A stretch of 64,000 bases of DNA from Eledone cirrhosa (taxonomy: Eukaryota). This document shows positions 42,138 through 56,801 of this stretch, in pieces. The notes below the pieces were generated by a model. It ran no database searches and was not told the DNA's origin. It saw only the letters and a list, made by a program, of their open reading frames with translations. A program made the position numbers and the translations under genes. Position 1 is the stretch's first letter. Each line of letters opens with the position of its first letter. The stretch spans positions 104,594,001-104,658,000 of the forward strand of contig OZ024745.1 in assembly GCA_964016885.1 (NCBI GenBank), read 5' to 3'.

Positions 42138-42823
42138 CCCTAGACTTCAAAATCAATAATACATTCTAGTCATAAAGCACATGTAACACTCACTCAGCAT
42201 CACACATGACACTTGAGTGAAGGCTACCTGAATATAACTCTTACAAATAGGAAATATATATATATGTAAAGTAGTCGTGTTGGTGACATGGCAAAAAGTG
42301 CCCAACCCACACTGTAAAGTGTTCATGTAGGTGTCATGAAAAAAAGCGCCCAGTCCACTGTAAAGTGGTCATGTAGGTGTCACAACAAAAACCACCCAGC
42401 ACACACCGAAAATGTGGTTGGCATTAGGAAGGACATCCAGCCACAGAAACCATGCCACAATCAGTTCTGTGTGAGAGAAACATGGTCCTCCAACCTGGAT
42501 CTCTCACAACAAGATAACCCATCCTACCCATGCTAACATAGAAAATGGACGTTAAATGATGATGATGATGATGAAGATATATGACCACTGCTTAATGACT
42601 GAAACCAGGAGTCTATAATTTTAAAGTCCCTACTCCCTGTTAAAAACAAATGAGTAAGGAACACTTTGGTAATGAATTACCTTTTTATATAAATTGCTTT
42701 AGTTCTTTTTTTTTATTTTTTGTTACTTGTAAGTATATAATTTACATGTAACCTTTACATAGCACTTAATGAGCAATTTGAAATGGGCCTACATTTCACA
42801 TCTGGTCTATTATATATATATAC

Positions 42824-44489
42824 ATTAGGGACCGGGTGAAACTAGATGAGATGCAATTTGGGTTTGTACCAGGAAGAGGCACCACTGATGCCCTCTTCCT
42901 TGTGAGGCAGTTACAGGAAAAGTACCTACCTAAAAGTAAGCCACTCTACCTGGCATTCGTCGATCTCGAGAAATCCTTTGACAGAGTTCCACGTGCTGTA
43001 ATCTGGTGGGCTCTTAGAAAACTAGGAGTAGATGAATAGTGGTGAAAGCTGTACAAGCCATGTATAGGGGAGCAGTCAGCAAAGTTAGGATTAGCAATGA
43101 GTATAGCGAGGAATTTAGCATACAGGTTGGTGTCCACCAGGGCTCTGTTCTTAGCCCTCTCCTGTTCATCATAGTCCTGAAGGCAATAACGGAGGAGTTT
43201 AAGACGGGATGCCCATGGGAACTCCTGTATGCTGATGACCTCGCACTTATAGCTGAATCTATGGTAGAACTAGAGAAGAAATTCCAAACTTGGAAGCAGG
43301 GACTAGAAAGAAAGGGTCTCAAAGTCAACATGACAAAGACTGAGGTCCTTGTAAGTAGACGAGAAAACAGAACCCAGATCCCCTCAGGGAAATGGCCTTG
43401 CTCAGTATGTAGGAACTCCATTCTCTGCCCCAAATGCAAACAATGGGTACACAAGAGATGTAGCGGGATCTCAGGAAGCTTAATTAAGAATGTAGGCTTC
43501 ACATGCAGCAGCTGTGCTGGGACAGCAAGCAGCAAACAGCCACAGGAAACAAGTACCACCAATCTCTGGGAGGGCTCTGTAGAAACAGTAGACAGCTTCT
43601 GCTACCTAGGTGACCGATTTAGCAGTGGAGGTGGGTGTTCTGAAAGTACAATAACTAGGGTAAGATCGGGATGGAAGAAGTTCAGGGAACTACTGCCACT
43701 GCTAGCTGCAAAAGGCTTCTCCCTCAAAATGAAAGGCAGACTGTATGATGCGTGTATCCGAACAGCAATGTTACATGGTAGTGAGACCTGGGCGCTGAAG
43801 GTGGAAGACTTATGTAGATTAGAAAGAAACAAAGCCTGCATGCTCCGATGGATGTGTAATAGTAATATACGCGAACGACAAAGCATAAATGAATTGAGAG
43901 AGAGACTGAGCATAAGAGGAATCAAATGCTGTGTGCAGGAGAGGCAGTTGCATTGGTATGGACATGTGATGCGTATGAAGGATGACAGCTGCATAAAAAG
44001 GTGCAGAGCACTAGAAGTCAATGGAAACCGCGGTGTGGGGAGATTCAAGAAGACCTGGGATGAGGTGATATAAGCCGACCTTACCCAATTACACCTCTCA
44101 AAGGCGATGACACATGACCGTGACCTCTGGCGTCACGCAGTAATACAGAGTACCCGACCTCCCATGGGTACAAGCTGAAGCATATAGACAATATGCTCCC
44201 ACACCCTCCCACTGCAAGGTGGTCGTGGAGGTGCCACGGAAAAAAAAAGCACCCAACCCACACTGTAAAGTGGACGTGTAGGCGCCACGAAAAAGCACAC
44301 AGCACTCACTGTAAATGAGGTTGGTGTTAGGAAGGGCATCCAGCTGTAGAAATCAAGCCAAAATCAGTCTCTGTATGAGCAAAGCATGGTCAGCCGACCA
44401 GACACTGCCCACAACAGGACAACCCGTCTAACCCATGCTAGCATGGAAGAACGGACGTAAAACGGTGATGATGATGATGATGATGATGA
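42824..44489 (+). mobile_element. 5'-truncated RTE LINE (family A), second copy
   Basis: Highly similar to 24539-26185; stop/frameshift at about 43037; 12-nt deletion in the zinc finger; (GAT)n tail. Confidence 0.95.
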
Positions 44490-44501
44490 CATGCATACAT
44501 A

Positions 44502-45383
<882 letters not shown>

Positions 45384-45660
45384 TATATATATGCAGTTTC
45401 AACAGTTAAAAATGTTGTATACTCTGCATTACAAATAACGGTTTAAGATTCAAGATCAACCAAGGAAAAGCTAATAATTTGTGCATTGGGAAATGAAGAA
45501 GGGGAAAATAACAATAAAAAAAAAAAATAACAAGCTACTCAGAAAATATGAACTAAATAGAAGTAAAATTGTATGATGCTTACATTATCCTAATTTAATA
45601 ATACACATGCACACACCAGTGTTTTATTAATTTACTTGTGATATATATTCTCTCACTTTA

Positions 45661-45770
45661 AATAATTGTTTCTACTTTAGGCACAAGGCCAGCAATTACC
45701 CAGTGCATTACTGCTACTTTATTTTATCGACCCCGTAAGGATGAAAGGCAAAGTCAACCTCGGCGGGATA
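45661..45770 (-). mobile_element. SINE 3' half
   Basis: Inverted SINE core. Confidence 0.85.
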
Positions 45771-47373
45771 TAATGTTGACTAATTCACAGATGTAAATTA
45801 ATATCACTAAATTGTATAGACTTCAATGAAAATGAAGAAAGAAATTTATGCATACAATATTATCTCGAGATCCGTATATTACTTGCTGATATGTTCAACA
45901 CTGACTAATTAACTTCACCAATAAGAAGAATTGATATTCTAGGGAATAGGAATTAATATTTAAAATACTCATATAGAAATCTCATCAAAATATTACCTGC
46001 TTAGTCCTGTAATACATCATTCCCTTTGTGTCCATGCACATCTGTTCAATTTGCTTGAAATAGCAGCTAAATATACCCACAAATCATACTTAAACATCTT
46101 AAGCAAGGACTGGCATGTCTAAAAAAAATTGGATGATCACAAATGCATTATATCATAGGTTTACTCACACAGGATTGAACTGAGACTAAACATTCACAAG
46201 ATTTTCTCTGTTGAAGCAAGACAGACTTCTTGGATTGATACTTTAAATGATTTCTGATGTAGGAACATTGCCTCAATATTTGGTAGGTAGATCATAATCA
46301 ATTAGACTGAGTCCAATACTTGACTATCATCCACGAAAGGATGAAAGGTAAAGTTGATCTTGGCAGGATTTGAACTCAAGACATAGAAGATGTAACCAAA
46401 TATTCCTGACACTCAGCTAGGCAGAGACATATACCTTGGAAGATGGATGTATGGGTTGAACCTAATAATTCAGCCAACTACTTATGGGCTACACAACAAC
46501 AGCAACAACTACACAGAGGCTACCTCATAACTGAATCGAAAGATATATTTGAGTTAAGAGAATGTAGGTCAGAGAGCTTTGTCAATATAATCTGTAATTC
46601 TACATATAGCATACTGTGATAGCCCCACCTCACAAACCCCTTCCCTGCAAATCCAGTTTCTTATGACTTGAAATAACCAATTAATGTACAAGGCAATAAG
46701 GGAACCTCTACATGGTTGTTTAACTTGCTAGAAGTAGCATCCAAATCTTCCTCCAATCACACCCTACCATCTTTGAAATGTAAAGGCATATTGTACAACA
46801 GGAGTCTCAAGCATGTAGCTGACAAACTACTTTTTTATGACCCATGGCAGAACAATTTTCATGGCTAATATTTTCCTAAAACTTGGTAATTTTTCCCTTG
46901 CCCCTGCCATACTCCTGCAGCAGCAACTGTATTAAGCTTGACTTGTCAACCTAATGCTAACAGACAATCAATTTTAAGATCAATCAGGATCTGACCAATT
47001 TTCTCCTTGGGGAAGGGTAGAATAAACTTTAATATTTCAGTCACTTTCACTTCATGAATCAAAAGCTGAAATGTAGAAATATGTATCCAATTTCATATAT
47101 ATGGGAACATTCTTAATAAGAATACAAGGAATTATTTTTTTCATAATGTGATGAGGGGTAGATTTTTGTTTTCCCTGTTTTAATAATATTTATAGTATAA
47201 TTTATTACAATTTACCAATGATATACAATAAAATGGAAAAAACAAAATTTATGAAAAATGATAATGGAAAAAAGGGGATTTACTAAAAGTAAAAATGGAA
47301 TTAAGGGAAATTTGTAATGGGAAATGTGTCACCCTACATTTTCTACCAATTCTCATATCCCACTTACTATCAC

Positions 47374-47404
<31 letters not shown>

Positions 47405-47720
47405 GTGGTGATGGTGATGGTGATGGTGATGGTGAAGATGGTGATGGTGATGGTGGTGGTGAAGATGGTGGTGGTGATGGTGATGGTGATGGTGGTGGTG
47501 AAGATGGTGGTGGTGATGGTGATGGTGATGGTGGTGGTGAAGATGGTGGTGGTGATGGTGATGGTGATGGTGGTGGTGAAGATGGTGGTGGTGATGGTGA
47601 TGGTGATGGTGGTGGTGAAGATGGTGGTGGTGATGGTGATGGTGGTGGTGATGATGATGGTGGTGATGGTGATGGTGATGGTGGTGGTGAAGATGATGGT
47701 GGTGATGGTGATGGTGATGG

Positions 47721-47759
<39 letters not shown>

Positions 47760-47777
47760 CTACAATGATGACGACTA

Positions 47778-47811
<34 letters not shown>

Positions 47812-47997
47812 GGTGGCAGTGGTGGCGGTGCAGCTGCTGCTGCTTCTACTGGTGGTGGTGATGATGATGATGATGATGATGGCTACAATGATGATGACTA
47901 TGATGATGATGATGATGATGAATATGTTGATGACGATGATGATGACTACAATGATAACGACTATGATGATGACTGTACTGATGATGATGATGATGAA

Positions 47998-48029
<32 letters not shown>

Positions 48030-48058
48030 CTATGATGATGATAATGATGACTATGATG

Positions 48059-48110
<52 letters not shown>

Positions 48111-48162
48111 CGACGATGATGATGATGATGATGATGATGACTATGATGATGATGATGATGAT
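47374..48162. repeat. (GAT/GGT)n compound trinucleotide repeat with a 39-bp higher-order unit
   Basis: GGTGATGGTGATGGTGATGGTGGTGGTGAAGATGGTGGT repeated about 5 times, flanked by GAT/GAC runs. Confidence 0.95.
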
Positions 48163-48195
48163 TTCCAAGAAGATACCAGTAGATTTTTTTCTTAA

Positions 48196-48606
48196 CCCTT
48201 TACCATTTACATTATTCTAATTGGCATTATCGGTAGAGGGTCGGACGCCATGCTTTGCAGCATAGAGTTACGGCCCTTTATGGTCTGAGTTCAAATCCCG
48301 CCGAGGTTAACTTTGCCTTTCATCCTTACGGGGTCGATAAAATAAAGTACCAGTAATACACTGGGGGTAATTGATGGCCTTGTGCCAAAAGTAGAAACAA
48401 TTACTCTATATTTACTATAATATTTCCACAGTAAAGACTTTACCTCACATAATTATCTCACATAATATTGAATCTATGAGATTTTGATATTATTTATTTT
48501 GAGAACAATACCTTAACATCAGTATGAGTGGCCAGTTACAACCGGTTTGAACAGAAGGAGGCAAGAGAATTCTGGCCGGATACAGCTGGTTTGAAATGCT
48601 AAAGGG
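48196..48606. mobile_element. piggyBac-like MITE with nested SINE (48221-48402)
   Basis: TTAA|CCCTTTACCATTT ... AAATGCTAAAGGG|TTAA. Confidence 0.75.
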
Positions 48607-48707
48607 TTAATATTTAGAAGATTTCAGACTATCAACTGACTAACAACAGACACAATAACATAACAACAAATAATTCTCTCCTACTAAACAACAACATTAT
48701 CATGTAG

Positions 48708-49345
48708 GGCGGTGGATTGGCAGTATCGGTAGAGAGTCGGACGCCATGCTTTCCAGCATAGTTACGTCTCTTTACGATCTGAGTTCAAATCCCGCCGAGG
48801 TTGACTTTGCCTTTCATCCTTACGGGGTCGATAAAATAAAGTACCAGTAATGCACTGGGTAATTGCTGGCCTTGTGCCTAAAGTAGAAACAATTATCATG
48901 TAGGTGGGTTGACAGTATTGGTAGAGGGTTGGACGCCTTGCTTTGTAGCATAGAGTTACGGCCCTTTATGATCTGAGTTCAAATCCCGCCGAGGTTAACT
49001 TTGCCTTTCATCCTTTACGGGGTCGATAAAATAAAGTACCAGTCACACACTGGGGTCGATTTAATCGACTTTCCCCTCCTTCAAAATTGCTGGCCTTGTG
49101 CCTATATAAGAAATCATTATCGTGTAGGTGGATTGGCAGTATTGGTAGAGGGTCGGACGCCTTGCTTTGTAGCATAGAGTTACGGCCCTTTATGATCTGA
49201 GTTCAAATCCCGCCGAGGTTAACTTTGCCTTTCATCCTTACGGGGTCAATAAAATAAAGTACCAGTCACACACTGGGGTCGATTTAATTGACTTTCCCCT
49301 CCTTCAAAATTGCTGGCCTTGTGCCTATATAAGAAACCACTATTA
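48708..49345 (+). mobile_element. Three tandem SINEs
   Basis: Copies at about 48708, 48903 and 49126; the last two are nearly identical. Confidence 0.9.
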
Positions 49346-49556
49346 TCATATTATCATAAACACATCCAATGATCATAATCCATAAATCCTAATTATTCTG
49401 ACATACAAGGCCGATAAGCAAGCTGGATTATATTTATATATTTAAGATGTTAGATTATGACATAAATCTACAATTATCTGCCCTTAGGGAACTTTCCAAG
49501 CTTTGCAGCTTTTCCCTCTAAAATATTGCTTTTGTTGTTATAAAAATAACAGAAAC

Positions 49557-49559
<3 letters not shown>

Positions 49560-49596
<37 letters not shown>

Positions 49597-50278
49597 CATG
49601 GACACACACACACATGGAGATAGATACACACACACACACACACATGGAGATAGATACACACACACACACACACACATGGAGATAGATACACACACACATG
49701 GAGATAGTTACACACACACACACATGGAGATAGTCTACACACATACACGGACATGGACACACACACACATGGAGATAGATACACACACACACACATGGAG
49801 ATAGATACACACACACACACACACACACACACATGGAGATAGTCTCACACACACACACACACACGGACATGGACACACACACACATGGAGATAGATACAC
49901 ACACACACACACACATGGAGATAGATACACACACACACACACCCATGGAGATAGATACACACACACACACACACACACATGGAGATAGTCTCACACACAC
50001 ACACACACGGACACACACACACATGGAGATAGATACACACACACACACACACATGGAGATAGATACACACACACATGGAGATAGTTACACACACACACAC
50101 GGACACGGACATGGACACACACACATGGAGATAGATACACACACACACACACACACACACATATGGAGATAGTTACACACACATACACATGGACATGGAC
50201 ACACACACACACACATGCACACACACATAGACACACACACATGGACACACACACACACACATGCACACACTCACATGG
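49560..50278. repeat. (CA)n-ATGGAGATAGAT complex satellite
   Basis: CA runs punctuated by ATGGAGATAG[AT] and GGACATGGAC. Confidence 0.95.
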
Positions 50279-50571
50279 ACATTTCCGCGGACAAGACTGC
50301 AAAAGCATTTCCGCGGACAAGACTGCAAAAGCATTTCCGCAGACAAGACTGCAAAGCATTTACAGAGTGGACTGGGTGCCTGCCACAATAAAAGGCACCC
50401 AATCCACACTGTAAATGTGGTTAACATTAGGAAGGGTATCCTGTTGTAAGAAACCAAGCCAGAAATGGGTTTGTGTGAGCAAGACACAGTCTTCTGATTT
50501 GACTTGTCTCACAACAGGACAATCTATCTTCTGTCTAACCCATGCTAACGTGGACAGGGAATGTTAAAAAA

Positions 50572-51135
50572 TAATTGTTTCTACTTTTGGCACAAGGCCA
50601 GCAATTACCCAGTGCATTACTGGTACTTTATTTTATCGACCCCGTAAGGCGGGATTTGAACTCAGAATGGCAAGGGCCATAACTTTATGCGTCAAAGCAT
50701 GGCATCCGACCCTCTACTGATACTGCCAAAAAATAATGATCATCATAATGATCATCGGTGAATTGGCAGTATCGGTAGAGGGTTGGACGCCATGCTTTCT
50801 AGCATAGTTACGTCCCTTTACAGTCTGAGTTCAAATCCCGCCAAGGTTAACTTTGCCTTTCATCCTTACGGGGTCGATAAAATAAAGTACCAGTAATACA
50901 CTGGGTAAATGCTGGCCTTGTGCCTAAAGTAGAAACAATTATTTTTCTTTGAATTGGCAGTATCGGTAGAGGGTCGGACGCCATGCTTTGACACATAGAG
51001 TTACGGCCCTTGCCATTCTGAGTTCAAATCCCGCCAAGGTTAACTTTGCCTTTCATCCTTATGGGGTCGATAAAATAAAGTACTAGTAATGCACTGGTTA
51101 ATTGCTGGCCTTGTGCCTAAAGTAGAAACAATTAT
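50572..51135. mobile_element. SINE cluster (one minus copy, two plus copies)
   Basis: Copies at about 50572-50730 (-), 50757-50945 (+) and 50951-51135 (+). Confidence 0.88.
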
Positions 51136-51393
51136 TTTTCTTACTGGTATTCATTTTATTACTGCCACATACCAGACACTCCTGGCAAAGTTGAACTCAA
51201 GTTATAATCTGTCAACTTTACAACAATATTATTGAGTTTGTTTCATAATATTGTACACCACCTTTTCTACTACTACTACTACTGCTACTACTATTACTAT
51301 ACTACTTCTACTATTACTGCTGTTGCTACTGCTGCTACTACTACTACTACTACTACTAGTAGTAGTAGTAGCAGTAGTAGTATTAATAGCAGC

Positions 51394-51429
<36 letters not shown>

Positions 51430-51924
51430 TGTCGTTGTTGCTTTTACCTGACCTCTGTGGTCATTCTGGCTTTTTCTTATACAGGTGGAATCCAGGAGCA
51501 CATCATCCAACAGGCTATTTTTTTAAAGCATAAGACACTATGCTTTGCGGCACAGAGTTATGACCCTTTACGTTCAAATACCGCCAAGGTTAGCTTTGTC
51601 TTTCATCCTTACAAGCTCGATAAATTAAAGCACCAGTAATGAACTGGGGTCTACTTAATAGACTTTCCCCGCCTCTCCCCAAATTACTGGCCTTGTGCCT
51701 AAATCCGAAACTGTTACTTTTTAAGAATCTAGCATGTGATCTTGTAGATTTTGACTCCTATTTCTAGCAAATCAAACAAAGGTGGCGGTGTTGGGGTGTT
51801 AGTGGGGGGGGGGGGGGGTTATTGTGGGGGGTAGGGATGGTGGTGAAATGGTAGTGAGAAGGAGAGAATGGTTATTGGCAGTAGTGGGGACAGCACTGTG
51901 CTAGCAATAGCATTGTTGATTAAT

Positions 51925-53104
51925 GCATGCATGTGTGTATGTGGGTCCATGCGTGTGTGCGTCCATGTGTGTGTGTGTGTGTTCATGTGTGTGCGTGCGT
52001 GCGTGTGTGTGTGTATGTACATGTGTGTGTGTGTGTGTTCATATGCATGTGTGTGTGCATGTGTGTGTGTGTGTGTGTGCCATGTGTGTATATGTGTGAA
52101 TGTAAGTGTGTATGTCTGTGTGTGTGAATGTGTGAGCGTGCGTGTATGTGTGTATGTGCATGTGTGTGTGTGTGTTCACATGCATGTGTGTACATGTGTG
52201 TGTGCGCGTGTGTGTGTACCATGTGTGTATATGTGTGAATGTAAGTGTGTATGTGTGTGTGTGTTCATGTATGAGCATGCGTGTATGTGTGTATGTGTGT
52301 GTGTGTGTGTTCATATGCATGTGTGTGTGCATGTGTGTGTGTGCCATGTGTGTATATGTGTGGATGTAAGTGTGTATGTGTGTGTGTGTTCATGTATGAG
52401 CATGCGTGTATGTGTGTATGTGCATGTGTGTGTGTGTGTGTTCATATGCATGTGTATGTGCATGTGTGTGTGTGTGTGCCATGTGTGTATATGTGTGAAT
52501 GTAAGTGTGTATGTGTGTGTGTTCATGTGTGTGCGTGCGTGTATGTGTGTATGTGCATGTGTGTGTGTGTGTGTTCATATGCATGTGTGTACATGTGTGT
52601 GTGTGCGTGTGTGTGTACCATGTGTGTATATGTGTGAATGTAAGTGTGTATGTGAGTGTGTGTGTGCCCATGTGTGTGTGGGTGTTGTGCATGTGTGTAT
52701 GCATGTGTGTGTGTGTCCATGTGGATGTGTTCTAGTGTATATGTGGGGGTGCATGTATGTGCCCATGTGTGTGCATGTGTGTCTATGTGTGTGTGTGTGT
52801 CCATGTGTGTGTGTCAGTGTGTTTGTGCATGTGTGTGTGTCCATGTGTGTGATGTACATGTATGTATGCGCATGTGTGTGTGGATGTTTGAGTATGCATG
52901 TGTGTGTATGCATGTGTGTGTCCATGTATGTGTGTGCATGTGTGTGTGCATGTGTGTCCATGTGTGTATGCGTGTGAGTGTGTGTCTGTGTGCATGTGTA
53001 TGTGTGTCCATGTTTGTGTGTGTGTGTGTGTGTCCATGTGTGTGTGTGCATATATGTGTGTGTGCATGTATGTGTGTGTGCATGTATTTGTGTGCATGTG
53101 TGTG
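51925..53104. repeat. (TG)n-rich degenerate satellite
   Basis: TG runs with recurring CCATGTGTGTATATGTGTGAATGTAAG blocks. Confidence 0.95.
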
Positions 53105-53620
53105 TGCTTTTGTAGTCTTGTCCGCGGAAATGCTTTTGCAGTCTTGTCCGCGGAAATGCTTTTGTAGTCTTGTCCGCAGAAATGCTTTTGTAGTCTTGTC
53201 CGCGGAAATGCTTTTGTAGTCTTGTCCGCAGAAATGCTTTTGTAGTCTTGTCCGCGGAAATGCTTTTGCAGTCTTGTCCGCGGAAATGCTTTTGCAGTCT
53301 TGTCCGCGGAAATGCTTTTGCAGTCTTGTCCGCAGAAATGCTTTTGTAGTCTTGTCCGCAGAAATGCTTTTGTAGTCTTGTCCGCGGAAATGCTTTTGCA
53401 GTCTTGTCCGCGGAAATGCTTTTGTAGTCTTGTCCGCGGAAATGCTTTTGCAGTCTTGTCCACGGAAATGCTTTTGTAGTCTTGTCCACGGAAATGCTTT
53501 TGTAGTCTTGTCCACGGAAATGCTTTTGTAGTCTTGTCCGCGGAAATGCTTTTGTAGTCTTGTCCGCAGAAATGCTTTTGCAGTCTTGTCCGCAGAAATG
53601 CTTTTGCAGTCTTGTCTGTA
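53105..53620. repeat. 26-bp minisatellite, about 20 copies
   Basis: Unit TGCTTTTG(T/C)AGTCTTGTCCGC(G/A)GAAA. Confidence 0.97.
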
Positions 53621-54319
53621 GGGCTCAGCCCCTAGGCCTAGTGCCCATCACTCTCCCCATTTCCTATTCTATTCTTCTGTGTCCCTAGAGACCTTGAATT
53701 TTCCAATTTTAGATATCTGTAGTATTTAGGAGGAGTGGAGAAATCCTGGATAGAGTAGGGCTGAGGGTGTACAGTGATGATGAGGATAGCTACTACAGAG
53801 GGTGTGACTGTTTATGGAGGAAGGGTTGGGAAATGAAAAGAATGGGAGTACTGTGATATGATAGGAAGGTTGAGGATAGTTACTAAGGTATGATAGTGGG
53901 AGGTGGAGGCACTGTGGATGGGGTCATTTCTGGTTTAGCTACAAAGACATGATAGCGGCTGGGTTAGACTGGTACACATATCTTCACCAGCACAACGAAT
54001 CTCCAGTTCTCTCAGTCCTTTGACATTTCTGTTGTGAGGTTCAGCTTCTTAAGGTCTGTTCTCGCTACTTCATCCTATCTTTTCCTCAGTATGCATCTTC
54101 CCTTGAATCCCATCCACAGATTTCTCTGCACTGCTTTATAAAGCTCTCATCTTTCATATGTATTACATATCTACGCCACTGCAGTTTACTTTCTTGTCCA
54201 CTACATCTAATTTCTCTTATGCCAAGCTTTTCTGTTAGCTTGTTAATGCTACACTGTTCATGCACACTCTAACATTACACATCCATCAGAACATAGCCGC
54301 TTCATTTTGAATATTCGCA

Positions 54320-56473
54320 AAGATTATGAGTTTGCTTATTGTTTTTGTGAATTTGATGAGATCGGAATTAAAGGACACAGTGCTGAAAATGATATGATTC
54401 GAATGAGACTCACAGACAACATGCAGTCACCAGTGCATCATCTGAAAGCATTAAAATATCTTCAATCATGTGACCCAAAGCTGAATCCTAGCATTGAATT
54501 TTATCAACAGCAGGAAACGATTTCTAAATTTCAGATTATAGAAAAAAGAGAGACAGAGAAAAGAAAGAAAACATGATCGTGATGATATCACTGTCTCATA
54601 TAAATAAAAACAACTATTATAAATGTAACCTTTGTGGATATAAGCATACATCATAAACATGTTTTGCATTTGGTAAAACTTGTACTAAAATGTAAGGAAA
54701 AAAGGAATCCCTTCAAGGCAGTATGTAACTCCTAAAAAAAAAGTTTGAGGAAATTGGTAATGAAGATTCTGCAAGTATTTATGATATTGGCGCTATAAAA
54801 TATACTAAAATAATCAATTTGAAATTCAATAATATTAACTTTAAGATGCAAATTGGCACTGAAAGTTAGATAACTGCAATATCTCAGAACTCCTAAATGG
54901 ATTTGAGTAAACCCAAATTAAGAAGAATGATCTTAAATTTAAATAATTTGATGGATCACTCATTGCAATTTTATGAAAGTTTGATGTTTTAATGAAAATT
55001 GATAATGGAATAGAGATTATGACTGTTATTGTTGCCAAATGTAAAATAAAACAAGTCATGGTTGGCTTGGTATGGACATGATGTATGTTGATAGTCCAAG
55101 ATTAATTCATGAGATTGAAAATCCAGGACAATTTTTTAAGATTAAGAGATTCTAAGGTTAACATTCTTCTCAAAAGAAATATCAGATCATATTATTTTCA
55201 GGGCAAGACTATTGCTAATATACATGAAACTGTTAGCTATAACAAAGCTGAAGAAAATAAATAATGAAAATCCTATTGATAAACTCCCAGAAGGAGTAAA
55301 TAGGTCTAAAGGAATGTGGAGTCTATAAAGTGGATACTAATAAAATAATTTTTTCAAATGCTTATCCAACTCCAAATGCTGCATCGATATTTTATTCTCT
55401 TTCTGACATGAATTTGCTAAATTGAGTTTCAAGGGAGTGGGGATATCCACAGATTGAAGCACGAGAAGTTACTATGATAAATTCACCAAAGGCTTTTTGA
55501 GACAGACATGTCTTTCATACAGAACTATGTTGTTGGAAATGACATTGGTAATGTTTCTCAAGATAATATATGTATTTGTACTAAAACTGTTGAAAATCGA
55601 TATATCAAGGTTCATAAGATTATTAAAAAATTGGAATTATCAGCTGAGCTAAATATCTGTCAGCAATTAATGAATTGTTTGTTTTGGATGATGATTGACA
55701 AAGGAAGGCATATAACTAGATCTTGCTTAGTGAAGATTAAGGCTGTAAAACTGCTAAAGTGTAAGAATGAATTAGAATAGTTTCTTGGACTTATTAATTT
55801 CTAATGAAGGCTTATTGTTAAAATTTGAAGCATGGTTAACTCACTATGAAGTCAAAAGATGCCTGATGTATGAGAATTAAACCATAATTACTTCACATGT
55901 GCATGGCTTGGTGGTTAGAACATCAGGCTCACAATCGTGAGGTGAGTTCCATTATTGGACCAGGCTTTATGTTGTGTTCTTGAGCAAGGCACCTTATTTT
56001 CACGTTGCTCTAGTTCACTCAGCTGTAGAAATGAGTTGCAACGTCACTGGTGCCAGCTATATCGGCCTTTGCCTATCCTTTGGATAACATTGGTAGAGGA
56101 GACGGGTATGCATGGGCAACTGCTGGTCTTCCATAAACAACCTGCCCAGACTTGTGGCTTGGAGGGGAACTTCCTAGGTGTAAATCCCATGGTCATTCGT
56201 GACCAAAGGGGTCTTTTTTTTAACCCTACAGAATGTACACAATCTAAAGAAATCAAAGCAAGGATACATGTGACTATGGATGATGTTCACATAAAAAAAT
56301 AATTGGCTGTTTTTAATACTTGTTGATATATATGACCAAAAGTAATAAGAGTTAAATATAAAGAGACAGAAACATTTAAACAGGTGTTAGCAACAGTGTT
56401 TGTGAGAAATGGTGTTCCAGAAACAAATGTTTGACAATGCCTGTGAATTTCATGATAATGAATTATGTACATG
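54320..56473 (+). pseudogene. Old Gypsy gag-pol remnant, part 1
   Basis: CEFDE...NDMIRMRL (gag); GKTCTKC zinc-knuckle remnant; SQDNICI (YxDD-like); FLGLINF; RIHV and VFVRNGVPET (integrase). Confidence 0.7.
55895..56220 (+). mobile_element. tRNA-headed SINE (same head and core as 38447, different tail)
   Basis: TGGCTTGGTGGTTAG...TTGAGCAAGGCAC...CTCAGCTGTAGAAATGAG. Confidence 0.8.
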
Positions 56474-56501
56474 AAAAAACAAAATTAATTTTTGCTCTTA
56501 A

Positions 56502-56687
56502 CCCTTTAGCATTTAAACTGGCAGTTTCTGGCCAGAATTCTCTCACCTCTTTCTTTTCAAATCAGCCACAATCAGCCACTGATACTGATGTTGAGGTATT
56601 GTTCTCAAAATAAATAATATCAAAATTTCATGGATTCAATATTATTTATTTTGATAGTATATATAGAGCAATATAAATGCTAAAGGG
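56502..56687. mobile_element. piggyBac-like MITE
   Basis: TTAA|CCCTTTAGCATTTA ... TAAATGCTAAAGGG|TTAA. Confidence 0.8.
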
Positions 56688-56720
56688 TTAATGTGGTAGA
56701 TACTTAAATGTATTCATCAG

Positions 56721-56797
<77 letters not shown>

Positions 56798-56801
56798 AAT
56801 A

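Noticed and set aside
45997-46041. 45-nt candidate minus-strand exon ending CAG|GTAATA
   Set aside because: Weak acceptor lying within a dispersed repeat; no homology
47317-48220. Acidic Asp/Gly-rich protein
   Set aside because: Several frames are open purely because of GAT/GGT composition; no splice or homology support
49474-53515. CV/HT-rich and KHFRGQD-repeat ORFs
   Set aside because: Translations of CA/TG satellites and the 26-bp minisatellite; the unit length is not a multiple of 3
53105-53620. CRISPR-like array
   Set aside because: Units are contiguous with no unique spacers, the context is eukaryotic, and there are no cas genes
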